A stretch of DNA of 51,339 bases from Asterionella formosa (Eukaryota). The notes below the pieces were generated by a model, which made no database searches, had not been told where the DNA came from, and worked only from the letters and a program-made list of their open reading frames with translations. The DNA is taken from NCBI GenBank assembly GCA_002256025.1, contig NKIB01013797.1, forward strand, positions 1 through 51,339. The letters run 5' to 3'. Positions 33,404 through 44,570 of the stretch are shown here, piece by piece; position 1 is the first letter of the stretch, and every line of letters begins with the position of its first letter. The position numbers and the translations under genes are program-made.

Positions 33404-34624
33404 TCAACCTGCTATTTCTGCCTTCAATTGAAACCGTGTTGAGGTGGATTTCTGATGGACGGCCTTTCGAAAAGATTCAATTGGACCATACAATTTTACA
33501 TTCTTCTTTGGATGTAGTCTCCGCTTCTTCTTGCCCATGAGTGATAATCGAATGATAGCTGCTACCTCCTCTTCGCTCGGCTCAGCAATGTTTTGTGAAA
33601 TCCATTCTGATATGGGTCGACATGCCACACCTTGACCGTGAGTCCCAAATTCCTTGGTCCATTCCTCGATTGTTCGCTCTTCTTGTTGTGTCATATACTG
33701 CATAGCATCTGCATCCATCTCAATACCATCAGGAAATGTACCACCAAGTGCGTCTCGAGCTATTCCCCTAGGTCCTTGATTGGACCAACAATTGAAGAGA
33801 AGGACAGATCGTTCTACTGCACAATCGCCATCGTCATCGTTATCATCAAAATCATCGCTGGATTTTTCATCTTCCTGGCTTTCGCAAGCTGCTGCTTCTT
33901 CTTCAGATTCTCGTAACGCACGTTCATCCTCGTCAGTGAGCAACCATCGATCGATTGGCTTCGGGACACCATGCATGGCAGATCCCGGAAATCTCAAGAG
34001 TCGTCCTTGTACTGCAGGTACCGTCACCAGTTCTGTGGTGATGTTACGACTTTCATTCCAACCTCCATATTTTGAAACCACACATGTCGGTCCCTTCAAG
34101 TCTTCCATGACTTGCAAATACAATACATGTCCAAGGTCGGGGCAACACAGAATGCTTTGATCTTCCAAAAGAGACTCGTCAATGTCCGAATGAATGTCGA
34201 TGTTCATAAACTCGTCTCGCCACCAATATTCAACAACCGTGACACTGGTATTGTCATTCTCTTTGTCCATCTCAAGAAGGATACGATGCATGGCATGTTC
34301 GAGCGGGGTCAAGGGGTGCGTATTGTGAGGTGGTCGGACAAAGATGGACGATCCTTCTTCATTGCGTTCCGTGAATTCTACTGCGAGGTCATGAAGTGCC
34401 AAGCATTTGTCTGGTTCAAGGACGCCGTCAAAGATCTGTACGTCGAGTGAGGAGGATTGATGGAGCAATGATGTTGATACTGCTGCTCGCCTCGTAGTTG
34501 CGTAAGGCGGAGGCCTTATTATTCTTGGGAGGAACCCAAACGCCAACGGCACAACAACCAACAGCCTGAGCAGTGAAAGCAGAAGAATTCTCGCAGAAGA
34601 AGCATGTTGCGTAGCCTGTGTCAT
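33404..34624 (-). CDS. Fe(II)/2-oxoglutarate oxygenase-like protein, probably plastid-targeted
   Basis: First ATG at 34624. Hydrophobic leader ending PLAFG|FLP, HxD motif EYWW...DIHSD, distal His in GRLLRFPGSAMHGV, and an RSVLLFNCW motif. Confidence 0.75.
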   Translation of the reverse strand: MTQATQHASSARILLLSLLRLLVVVPLAFGFLPRIIRPPPYATTRRAAVSTSLLHQSSSLDVQIFDGVLEPDKCLALHDLAVEFTERNEEGSSIFVRPPHNTHPLTPLEHAMHRILLEMDKENDNTSVTVVEYWWRDEFMNIDIHSDIDESLLEDQSILCCPDLGHVLYLQVMEDLKGPTCVVSKYGGWNESRNITTELVTVPAVQGRLLRFPGSAMHGVPKPIDRWLLTDEDERALRESEEEAAACESQEDEKSSDDFDDNDDDGDCAVERSVLLFNCWSNQGPRGIARDALGGTFPDGIEMDADAMQYMTQQEERTIEEWTKEFGTHGQGVACRPISEWISQNIAEPSEEEVAAIIRLSLMGKKKRRLHPKKNVKLYGPIESFRKAVHQKSTSTRFQLKAEIAG

Positions 34625-35149
34625 AATTGTTACCAGGATAGAGAGCAACCTATGAGTGCCAGTACGGTAACGTTGAGCAAAAAGTGTCTGTCAAACTGTT
34701 TGAATTTTCAGATACATCATGAGAAGTCTGCCTGCTGAAGAAAAAACGTCAAAAATATCTGTGCAGGATGGTAAGAAAACAAAAATTGATCATGGGCAAA
34801 GGTGCTGTCATTTCATGGTTTTCCAAGTACATTCACCCATCACTGTGGGTCTGAAATCATCATGTAAATGTCAATGTCACTAGGGTCATTGACTTGAAAG
34901 AATGACAGTTCTGCAGAGGGAGCTCAGCAAAAAATCAGAGGTAAAGAGGTGATGGCCATTTTAGTCAACGCTCCCCTAACTGAAGATGATGCTGATGCAA
35001 CTGAGCTGTATACACTTGAAAAGCAATTCAAGATCATTTTTGAAGGTGATTCAGACATCTTTTAATATGGTGAAGGTGATGATGTTAATGAGGAGGCTGT
35101 AGATAATGCCCTCCAAGCAAGCAACCTTAACTTGTTGAGCATACCAGCC

Positions 35150-35900
35150 ATGCACAAAAAAATTTAATGGCAACAAGCAATGCAGGAATCAAAACAGCAT
35201 GATTTTTGGTAAGTTGCATCTACCAACATTTCGCCAATGCCTCATTTAGGATAAATCACCTCTTGTCTCATGATCGACTTGATACAATTTTCAGGGATAG
35301 CTACATGCAACACAGTTTGGCCAGAACCTGAGTATCCTGATCGCTTTCATGAAGTACAATTTAAAGAGAGGAAACATTATATATTGAACTGTTAAATCAA
35401 TGTCCACATCATGGACAAACACGTATACCTGTTCTGGATTTATGTGTGTTCCCTGAAACCCTTGGCATTTGGAAATGAAGAATACGACACAGTTTGCTGT
35501 GGCAAAACAGGAATTCTAATGTTTGCAATGAAATGGTGGAGGGAAAAGATGCTCCCTGATTACGACCGAATCAAGAATTTGATAACCTTGGTGGGATGAC
35601 TGTTTGCCTCATGCTTCGACTCTCAAAAACAATTTGGGGGTCAGCAACAAGGATAATCTTATTTGACCTTGGATTTTTTTGCCTTGAAGGACACCATTGA
35701 ATTAAGAAACAAGCAGGGGTTGTATGCATCAGCACTGATAAAGAAGCGCTGCTTCTGGCCGAAATATATCCAAGGTGAAGAAATCAAGGCATACTTGTTC
35801 AAAAGAAGCCTTGAGTTTGGCTTTGCAGATGCCTGGCCAGCAAGAAAACTAGACAACATCCCTTTCTTATATATATATTGCATAAGCTTCCCCGTGTGCC
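35150..35900 (+). mobile_element. Degenerate piggyBac-type (DDE_Tnp_1_7-like) transposase remnant
   Basis: Frameshifted fragments TCSGFMCVP*, KPLAFGNEEYDTVCCGKTGILMF, MVEGKDAP, LMLRLSKTIWGS and LKDTIELRNKQGLYASALIKKRCFWPKYIQGEEIKAY, in the motif order of stramenopile piggyBac transposases. Boundaries approximate. Confidence 0.75.
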
Positions 35901-38081
35901 AACACCAGAAGTCACCATGTTTGTTGGAATGATAGGTGCTGGAGGGCGCAGATTTTTTGATGCCCAGGCTGGACATGCCAGGAAGAGCTAGTCTATGTGG
36001 GCTGCTCTATTCACCTAGTAGTGTAGTCTTAAGGCGCTATATAAATGAGTTAAAAATTTTGCTGTGAAATTGGCAACAAATCGCTGCTGGAAGTTGTTTA
36101 GTCGTCGATTCCTCAGTTATGAGGATACAAACAAAAATGATACGTTGTTGGTTCCGTGGTGACTAGCATGATAACTTCATAATTATTTCTATCTTCTGGA
36201 CAAATAGATGAGAAAACTTGAACAACGGAAATCTTGGAGAGGGTGCAAGCAACATCTCAAAATAAAAGAAAATACCTCAATTCATTTTTTGTACTGAGTT
36301 ACATTTGCACACAAATTGTCGTGGTTCATATTATATCTATGGAATCTTGCTTGATTAGTTCATGTTACCTCTTGTAGTAATATAGATATACACGTAGATA
36401 TGAAACAATACACTGATTGTTCTTTATGCGACCACTAGAAAATTCGAATTGTGTGGAATATCATGAATTCCCCTGACCAACGCCAGCATAGTCTATGCAT
36501 TTTTGGACAATTTTGTGAAAAAATTGTACTCTTTCCAATTGGCTCTGCCTCCTTAGTCTACTTACTTTGATTATAGAGAAAATCATGATTACTACTGGAA
36601 CTACAATACTGGATGGCGGCACAGTTTGTTGCTCATGGCCTTTTTCATGAGTCTTCCATCATTCTCTTTGACTCTTGGAGAGAACGTTTATATGCTGCCT
36701 ACTTAGAGCGCACAGACATCAAGAATCAGGAAGTACCAGCTGCATCACTTCAACAGACAACTCAATCAGGAAATAGCAGCTTCACGTGATCAGCCATGAA
36801 TTGAAGAAGGTTCAAAATGACAATGATACCTTGTTTTATTAGCTTTGTACTGCCTATCTCATTGCTCTACTAAGAAATCTCCGTATTGCTGGCAATATTA
36901 GAGGCACCATACTATAGCTAGTGTGCATGTCATAACTTCATTGCCATGGTATATCATGCATGTTAACGCTATATTTATAAAGCGTATATACTACTAGGTA
37001 GTGTATTATGTCCCAAACATACTAGGTACTGTTATGTATGGTGTATAAAATATATAAATGTACCAATAATATGATTCATTCTATAGCAACGGTGTACAGT
37101 GACAAGACCTAAAAAAGTCAAAATGAGTCCAATGATGTGGTTGACAAACTTCTCCATATGTTGGGGAGTTTCTAATGATCCCTGTACATTTAGCTAAACA
37201 ATCTTTATAGTACAGGTATTCATACAGAAGAAAAGAGGATTATGCTTCTTAGTATCATTTTGGCCACATTTGAAAAAAAGGTCAAAATTGGGACGCATAC
37301 TTTCCTGACCAACCGATGGAATCAGTCATTCCTGTCATTCAAAGTAAATATCATCGATGTTATGCGCTTTCCATTTCTACATCTACACAGTCTATTGCAA
37401 GAGAAATAGTTGCAAGATCATTGGGTTTGTGTGGTAGATCTTGTTTGGTGGAAAACATGATGTCGTGCTGCCATTCTGCTTGAATTGCCAAGTCTTTGCT
37501 TTATTCAGCTTTCCGTTTCCCACTTCCATTGGGTCCGAGTCATTAAAATCTGCTACTACGATACATACTCCCGCACCCCTTTCACAAGTACGTCAATATT
37601 TCAGGAATGAATATTTCTTGAAATTTACAGAAAGAAATTATTATCCTGATACTGTAATGGGTTTTGCAAATGAGTTATTGAGTCCAACAATTCAAGAGGT
37701 ACCTTGTATTAGTTCCAAATCAAGGTACACTCTGAATGATCATGTCCAAAACAAGAAGATATACCTTGCTTAAATTTGATCTGATGATCTGAGTAGTTAC
37801 CCAATACAAGGTGGATGCAAAAAAGTAAAACCAATACAAGGTAAATCTTGTACTGGGCATTAAACCATGTTTAGGAGAAATTAGTCATACCTTGGAAAAA
37901 ATTCAAGCCATTTTCGTGAAATAACTTGATTTTAAAAACGAGCCTATTTCGCTCCTTGTAGTGGCAAAAGCACGGATTCGCAACCCTAACGAAGAAGCTA
38001 GCCAATATGAGGTCAACCTTGTGTTGGTAAATCTTTTTCACATTGTTTTGGATTCCAATACAAGATATTTTCAACCAGGCA

Positions 38082-39097
38082 AACAACAAGAGTCACTATC
38101 CAGCATCTACAGAGCTACATGATTATACAATGGAAATCAACGAATACATCCTCAACATTGGCTCAAAACAGAAGAGCAACCAGGCAGGCGAGCAATCGGG
38201 GCAAGCTTAGGCCTCCACACAGCAGGAAATAGAGTTTGTTTCACTCTTTGAAGGAATGAAGCAAGCAAATTTTCTGGTAATCGGCAAGAAACTATGATGA
38301 AAAGAACGCAGTAATAAGCTCAACTATCAAGTCAAGAGTTCGCATCGATTCTGCATCGATCAGGCTACCAACAAGAGTCGCTATCTAGTATCAATGGAAC
38401 TGCATGATGATTATGGAAATTGACGAAGAAATAAAAATTGGCTCAGCACTCAAGAGCAACCAAGCGAACAAAAGGGTCAATCAGATGGCTCACGCAACAG
38501 GACATAGAGTTTGAATTGAGCAGGCGAATGTTCTGGTAATCGGAAAGAAGCTATAATGAAAAGAAAGCAGAAACAAGCTCAACCATCAGATCAAGAGTTT
38601 TCATCGATTCTGAATCGATCGGGTAAGCAACCAAAGACACTATCTTGCATCAAAGGAACTTCATGATAATGGAAATTGGCGAAAACATTAAAATTGGCTC
38701 AGCACACATGAGCCACCAGGCGAACAAAAGCGCAAAAAGCCCTCCCTCCCGCAACTGGAAATAGAGTTTGATTCACTCCTTGAAGGAAAGAAGCAGGCAA
38801 ATATTCTGGTAATCGGGGAGAAACTATAATGGAAAAGAATGAAAACAGAAAAAGCTCAACTATCAGATCAAGAGTTTGCATCGATTTTAAATCGACTAGC
38901 AGGCTAACAACAAGAGTCGCTATCTAGTAGCATCAAAGGAACTACATGCTGATGATAATGGAACCTGACAAAGACATTTGAATTGTCTCAGTAGACAAGA
39001 GCAACCAGCTGGCGAACAAAATGGTCATACAGCTGGCCGCTCTACAACAGGAAGTAGAGTTTGATTCACTCCTTGAATGAATGAAGCAGGCAAGCAT
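38082..39097 (+). repeat. Degenerate tandem array, ~3.7 units of ~260-285 bp
   Basis: Units start near 38082, 38368, 38628 and 38906 (AACAAGAGTC(A/G)CTATC...ATTGGCTCA...AGAGTTTG...TTCTGGTAATCGG...AAGCTCAAC(T/C)ATCA...TCAAGAGTT...ATCGAT-N5-ATCGA). Confidence 0.9.
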
Positions 39098-39605
39098 GAT
39101 GAAAAGTGACCAATTCAACCACCATAGATACAAAACAAGATACAAAGAACTTAATTTGCTCACAGCTCCAGCCACAACAAGGTGAAATAATATCTTAAGC
39201 ACAAGTGCACTTTAGCATAGCACTTGGCAATTTGTAGCTAACACACGTTTGCACTCAAAAATCTCTAAAGGCGAGGTCGAGAGTGTTGTGTTCCTTACCA
39301 CAACTATCCCCACTTGAAAACTTCAGAAGTCACTGAATATGTTAGGTTGATATCAGGAGTGTTTTGCAAAAAAGGGCTGCTCACGCCAGCAAGCGTCACA
39401 TGGCTGCCTAGTAGTTTGTTTAAGGCGTTTTAAAAGTGAAATTAAATGTGATATTTATATGTTCATATTGAATCTATGTTGCTGATTGAAGATTTTATTT
39501 CTCTATGCCCAAAGGAATGTATAAATCAGTACCGGTAGATTACACCAATCTTTGGCTCATGATGATGGGGCAGACAGGATGAAACTAGTACTGATTTTAT
39601 GAACA

Positions 39606-40005
39606 GGGGAATAGCTTAGTTGATTGAGCATGCTGCCATTGATCTGAAGATGTGTGGTTTGATTCCCGCAATCTTTTTTAGAAGCAAGCAATTATTGGGT
39701 TCAATTCTCACACTCCTCACCATCCCGTGCAGTCTTCCCTGGTGTTCAAGGAAAAGTTGGTTGGGGGGGGGGGGGGGGGGGGGCGGGGGGGGGGCGGGGC
39801 GGGGGGGGGGCGGGGNNNNNNNNNNTCCCCCCCCCAAGGTACAAGCCGCAGCTTGTCCCGCCTTCCTAGGTTGTCAGAGTTTCCCCTAATGGTGCAGATA
39901 AGATGACCACTTCTTGTGAAAGATGATTGTTGGGGACTCACCCACACTATTAAACTACTACTAGGGAAGCACAAGGTCCTGTCAGAAGGCTGTGCTATGA
40001 AATTC
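39606..40005 (+). mobile_element. tRNA-derived SINE-like / structured repeat, copy 2 (CpG-decayed, contains an assembly gap)
   Basis: GGGGAATAGCTTAGTTGATTGAGCA...GCCATTGATCTGAAGATGTGTGGTTTGATTCCCGCAATCTTTTTT...GCAGCTTGTCCCGCCTTCCTAGG...GAGTTTCCCCTAA...GGGAAGCACAAGGTC, colinear with 2529-2215. Confidence 0.75.
39816..39825. other. Assembly gap (10 N) between a long G-run and a C-run
   Basis: N10 flanked by the G-rich tract 39763-39815 and C9 at 39827-39835. Confidence 0.98.
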
Positions 40006-41823
40006 CAGGTGTAGTCACCACAAGGTCTTCAACAAGGCGCATTAGTCTATAAGTGATGTTCAATATTTTTGATTTTACTTGTACATCTAATTCATGTGGT
40101 TCAAGTGTGGATAGCATGACTATGTTAAAGTATTACCTTTTTGATAGATCTATATCATTCGACAAAGACTATCAATAGAGACATTCATTTCTCTTTCCGT
40201 TTCTATAGTCTTATTGTGAGTTTACTAATCTAGTTTAGGTTGTTCTGTTTGAACAAACAAACAAACTATTCTCCAAATGCTGTTTGTATTTCTAGAAACA
40301 TACAATCAAAGATAGACCCATGTCTATCTCACACTTACTGATCATAGAATTTTTAACCATGATCATTCATTTTCAAACTATCGGTCTTCCGAAATAGCTT
40401 ATTAGTCCGGCTCATTATAGTCGGAGTAACAAGGAATAATGTGTGGTTGATGAGAGCATGGTTCAGACAGATAAAACATACCGACGCAAGACTCCTATGT
40501 CTACGAGAACCTTTTTGCATGTACAAATTCCGATTCCCATATTTTGGCGACTGTTAAAAAAGCCGATGTGGTCGACTTTTTGGAGGAGGATTGCTCTGCG
40601 TTGGTGGGGTCTCGCTCATGTAGATATAAACATGTATATGAGAAGTGTACCCCTAGAATGACTGCATACAGATATCGTGTATTTTTACTACCGGCATGGT
40701 ACTTGACAGCCCCTTTTTGGACTATTTTTTGATAGTTTCGATTCCTACCGGTAGGAGCGGGACCGGTGCACTTGTTTGTTCTCGTCCCAAGAAACAGTGA
40801 AGCCCTTTCAATGTCTGAATACCGTTGGTAATGGACATACGACACCCTGAAATCGACCAATGACAGTAGACTAATGACAGTAGCGATTCATATGCGAAGT
40901 GGGTGGTGCTATGGTGAAAGCTAATTTCTCCTTCAACTATTCTATTTAGCGGTAGTTGTATGCAATATGTGTATTGATGCACATTGTACATGGTATAAAT
41001 ATTTTGGGAAAGTACAGACCTCGCAAACTGTAACTGCTGGACCACAACCGTAATATTAGGGGGTCATTGTAACATGACATATCGGAAATCACCTGTTAGA
41101 CTACCGGTACGCTCCTCAATGGAAACTTCCAACTATTCTCAAATTACTTCTTACCGAACAGGTCAATAAAGGATTCAACGGATGCCATTGAACAAGCTTA
41201 AATTAACCAGAAGTCAAAAATGAAATCGAACATCAGCGAGCCAGTTAGCATGTCGGATGTGTCCGAAATAGGACAAAGGCGGGTAAGCAAAGAGGACATA
41301 ATTTTTCCCGATGCCCACCACTGTCCAATTTGTTGGCAATGCTACAATTCTCGAATACCAACGACTGACATTTCGGATCTATTTTGTCTTTAGATCCCAA
41401 ATTGGGTCACTGTGACCTGACATATCAGAATTATCCGGATTACCTAGCAGTACACTCTTCAATATAAGCTTTCAACCATTTTCAACTTTACTCCTACCGT
41501 ACAGATCAATAAAATGATTTACGGATGGTATGGCACAGGCCGCATCCAGAAGTCAGAATAGCATGTCTCATTCGTACTACATAATTTGGACAACGAAGTG
41601 TTTTGGTATAATTTTTAAATGGTCATTACAGGACAACAGGCAACGTGGATGAGAGTGTACCGGTAGTCATGATAATAACAGTAACAATAGCGAGAAACGA
41701 CCTCCTACGTGAACATTTTGTCTAGTACCGGTACATCTTTTCATCTCTCAATTCAAGAAGCCAGTAACAGATACCGGTAGTTTTACCAATAATAGAAATC
41801 AAAAATCAATCATCTCAACAATC

Positions 41824-42621
41824 ATGTTGCTTCGAAGGGCCCCAAGTAGCCGTCAATTGCCTGACAACAACAACAACAACAACAGCACCGGAAAACAAAG
41901 AATTGCTTTTCCCTCCTCTGACGAGTTGAGCATTCGAGGAAGAAGAGCAACTAGTACGGGGCCTGCTCCTTGTCGCCGGGTCAAGAGCACCAGTAGAGTT
42001 CCTATCAATCGAAAGGAAGCGGCTGAAGTGCCTGATCCATTAGAGGCGACCTACGTCGTTGACGCCGAAAGGCCATCAGATCCATCTTTCAATGAGTTCC
42101 CTGGTTCTGAATGCCCCGGCCCTACGGACAGCACCATGAACGATAATAGTATGATTCAGGGTGACTTTGTGCAACACGACCAAGACAAGAATAAAGAAAG
42201 CAAGAAGAAATCTAAAAAGGGAATCAAGGAAACGGGCCATAGCACCAAAAAGCGCGATCCTAAGAAAACATCCAAAATGTTTGAGGAGCGCACCGGAACG
42301 CAAGCAGGTCGTAACCCTAATCATCCCAATAAGGTGAAGCACAGTGTCGTGTCTAAGCTCATCAAGGAGGTTCGGAACGACCTTGATAGAGCAGAGCGAA
42401 ATCTTGTCATTGCTCGTCGCCTGCAACGTGACCTTGAAGTCGTTGATGACATTCTTGCCGAGAATGAAGCAAAGAGAGGGAGCAAAGCCAAGAGCGGCAA
42501 GACTATTGATGAACTTGAGGCAAAACTCCAGTTCCTTTTCTCGAAATTATTGGCTATTCGCCGGCGAACTGAATCTATTTCTGGCCCTGAAGAACACCCG
42601 ACGTGCTCGGAAGCGCCATAG
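41824..42621 (+). CDS. Hypothetical protein, orphan family member 3
   Basis: 265-aa ORF with PDPLEATYVVDAE, a Lys-rich middle and SVVSKLIKEVRNDLDRAERNLVIARRLQRDLEVVDDIL. Confidence 0.8.
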   Translation: MLLRRAPSSRQLPDNNNNNNSTGKQRIAFPSSDELSIRGRRATSTGPAPCRRVKSTSRVPINRKEAAEVPDPLEATYVVDAERPSDPSFNEFPGSECPGPTDSTMNDNSMIQGDFVQHDQDKNKESKKKSKKGIKETGHSTKKRDPKKTSKMFEERTGTQAGRNPNHPNKVKHSVVSKLIKEVRNDLDRAERNLVIARRLQRDLEVVDDILAENEAKRGSKAKSGKTIDELEAKLQFLFSKLLAIRRRTESISGPEEHPTCSEAP

Positions 42622-43148
42622 AATTTACTTCAAATTGCCGATTGTATGTACGAGGCAGTATTTAATTAAATTGTACATCTATACACAAAAATCCAATTCT
42701 TCGTTGCAAGCAACGGTCAGGTAACTGTTATACAAGGCAAAAGGACTTAAAACCAGGAGCGAGTAGAAGCATGCTCAAGAGAAGCACCATCATTGTCAGG
42801 CCTGGATTAAATGAAGTAGCAGGTACCATATTTAGTATAGAACAAATGGCAACATTGTATCAATGTCATGATTAATCGATGTAAATTATAAACTGAATCA
42901 ATCTATACAGTGTAGGCGGCGATGGTTTCATCATGATATTTTATTAACCACCGATATATTTTTATCTTCTCATCACCACGCCATCAAGCAGTCACAGCAA
43001 TCATCATCATGGATAATCGCTGCAAAATGTTAGACAAAGCATTACATTTTGATAGAATAAAATGCCCAATGTATTCCGGTATGTATACCGGTGCCTGCTA
43101 CGGATACCTTCAAGCTCATCCCGGTAATACCTGCCGGTAGACTATGGT

Positions 43149-43337
43149 TCCAGGTACAAGGTACCTGGTACCAGGGAACCAGGTACCTACTCCTCCATCG
43201 CCATGATCAGCATCATCATCTGCATTGCACTTTGTTATTGCGGTTGACCTACCGACTAGTACCAGGTACCAGGTAGTGTTCTGACCATGGCATGGTGCTC
43301 ATTGTATACCGGTACCAGGTACCAGGGTACCAGGTAC
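43149..43337. promoter_or_regulatory. Dense cluster of GGTACC(A/T)GGTACC motifs upstream of the PhyH-family gene
   Basis: Three sub-clusters (43149-43187, 43259-43275, 43307-43337), 180-370 bp upstream of ATG 43518. Confidence 0.4.
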
Positions 43338-43517
43338 TACACATTAGTATCAAATGAGGATTCAAAACAAAACGAATGTTGTTTATTCATGTGCTGATGA
43401 TGAGATCCGAAAAGCATCAGCACCACGCCGGGCATCATTATCAGTTCGCATTGAGTCGGACGTCGCCGTTGTTTTCCATCTCATACATTCTCCCAAGTCA
43501 CCACTATAATCATCGCA

Positions 43518-44570
43518 ATGGCGATAGAATCCGAACTAGTTAAGGAGGACCCATGGGCAACCGACAGCGACGACGAGCCCTTGACAGTTGCTAACGAGTT
43601 GTCCGGCGAGGCGCTGTCCGCACTCCTCGAGTTTCAACAAACGGGTGGCTTTGAGGACATGCCACCGTCTATCATTGATAAGAACGCCGTTTGTGCCACT
43701 TTCACACCTGGAGATTCCAAAATGATTGCTGCTACCTACCGAAGATTGCAAGGCAAGGCTGACGAAGCGGCGAAGAAGCACACCGAGGCCTTGCTGCATC
43801 GAACCGTTTTGGATTTGCAAGTCACTCATGCCAGGGACAGCGTCGATGTGATGATGCGTGAGGGGGTGGTGAGACTTGACAATGTCTTGTCTCCGGAACT
43901 GTGTGATGCATGTCTCGAAGGTATAAACAGAGACTTTTTAATGGCAGATACAGAGCGAATCTCGGATGGAACGAACCAGCCCTGCGATGGGTTTGGCAAC
44001 GTCTTTAGCAGAACAAATCGCTACGACATGTACTTGAAGAATCAGGGCGTCTACCAAGACGCACTCCATCAAATGTTAGAATCAACAAGTTCTCTAGGAG
44101 CGCTCTACGCGGCTCTAGTCGGACCTGACCACCCTGGCATTTTCCATGAATGTTCCTCGCTCATTTCGGATCCAGGGTCCGCCAGTCAGCCCATTCACCC
44201 TGACAGTACCTATTTTGCGGTCGCACCCATGTGGACATGTTTCGTGGCACTTCAAGACGTGACAGCATCCATGGGGCCAACCATTATGCTACCACAAACA
44301 CATTCGTTCTCTAGTCACGAAGATTTGAAAGACCCCGAACGAAGAAATCACCTATTGGCGCAGTGCGAATATCGACGGTCGGTCCTTAACAAGGGAGACT
44401 GTGCCGTCATGGACTCGAGATGTTTCCATTTTGGAGACGCCAATACAAGTTCCACTAGGCGGGTTCTATTCTATTTCACTATTCGAAATCCAGCACACCA
44501 GGGAGATTATCCGTTATGTGGGAGCTTGTACCCTGACATGAGTGAATTGACAATTGGAAATTTTTCGTAA
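43518..44570 (+). CDS. Phytanoyl-CoA dioxygenase (PhyH) family protein
   Basis: REGVVRLDNVLS, SDPGSASQPIHPD (HxD), FVALQDVTASMGPTIMLPQTH and KGDCAVMDSRCFHFGDANTSSTRRVLFY. Confidence 0.9.
   Translation: MAIESELVKEDPWATDSDDEPLTVANELSGEALSALLEFQQTGGFEDMPPSIIDKNAVCATFTPGDSKMIAATYRRLQGKADEAAKKHTEALLHRTVLDLQVTHARDSVDVMMREGVVRLDNVLSPELCDACLEGINRDFLMADTERISDGTNQPCDGFGNVFSRTNRYDMYLKNQGVYQDALHQMLESTSSLGALYAALVGPDHPGIFHECSSLISDPGSASQPIHPDSTYFAVAPMWTCFVALQDVTASMGPTIMLPQTHSFSSHEDLKDPERRNHLLAQCEYRRSVLNKGDCAVMDSRCFHFGDANTSSTRRVLFYFTIRNPAHQGDYPLCGSLYPDMSELTIGNFS

Noticed and set aside
38082..39097. CRISPR array
   Set aside because: The whole ~270-bp unit repeats, with no short constant repeat and unique spacers. 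No cas genes, and the context is eukaryotic.
39616..39974. Poly-Pro/poly-Gly ORFs across the gap
   Set aside because: They are translations of a G-run and Ns inside a repeat element.
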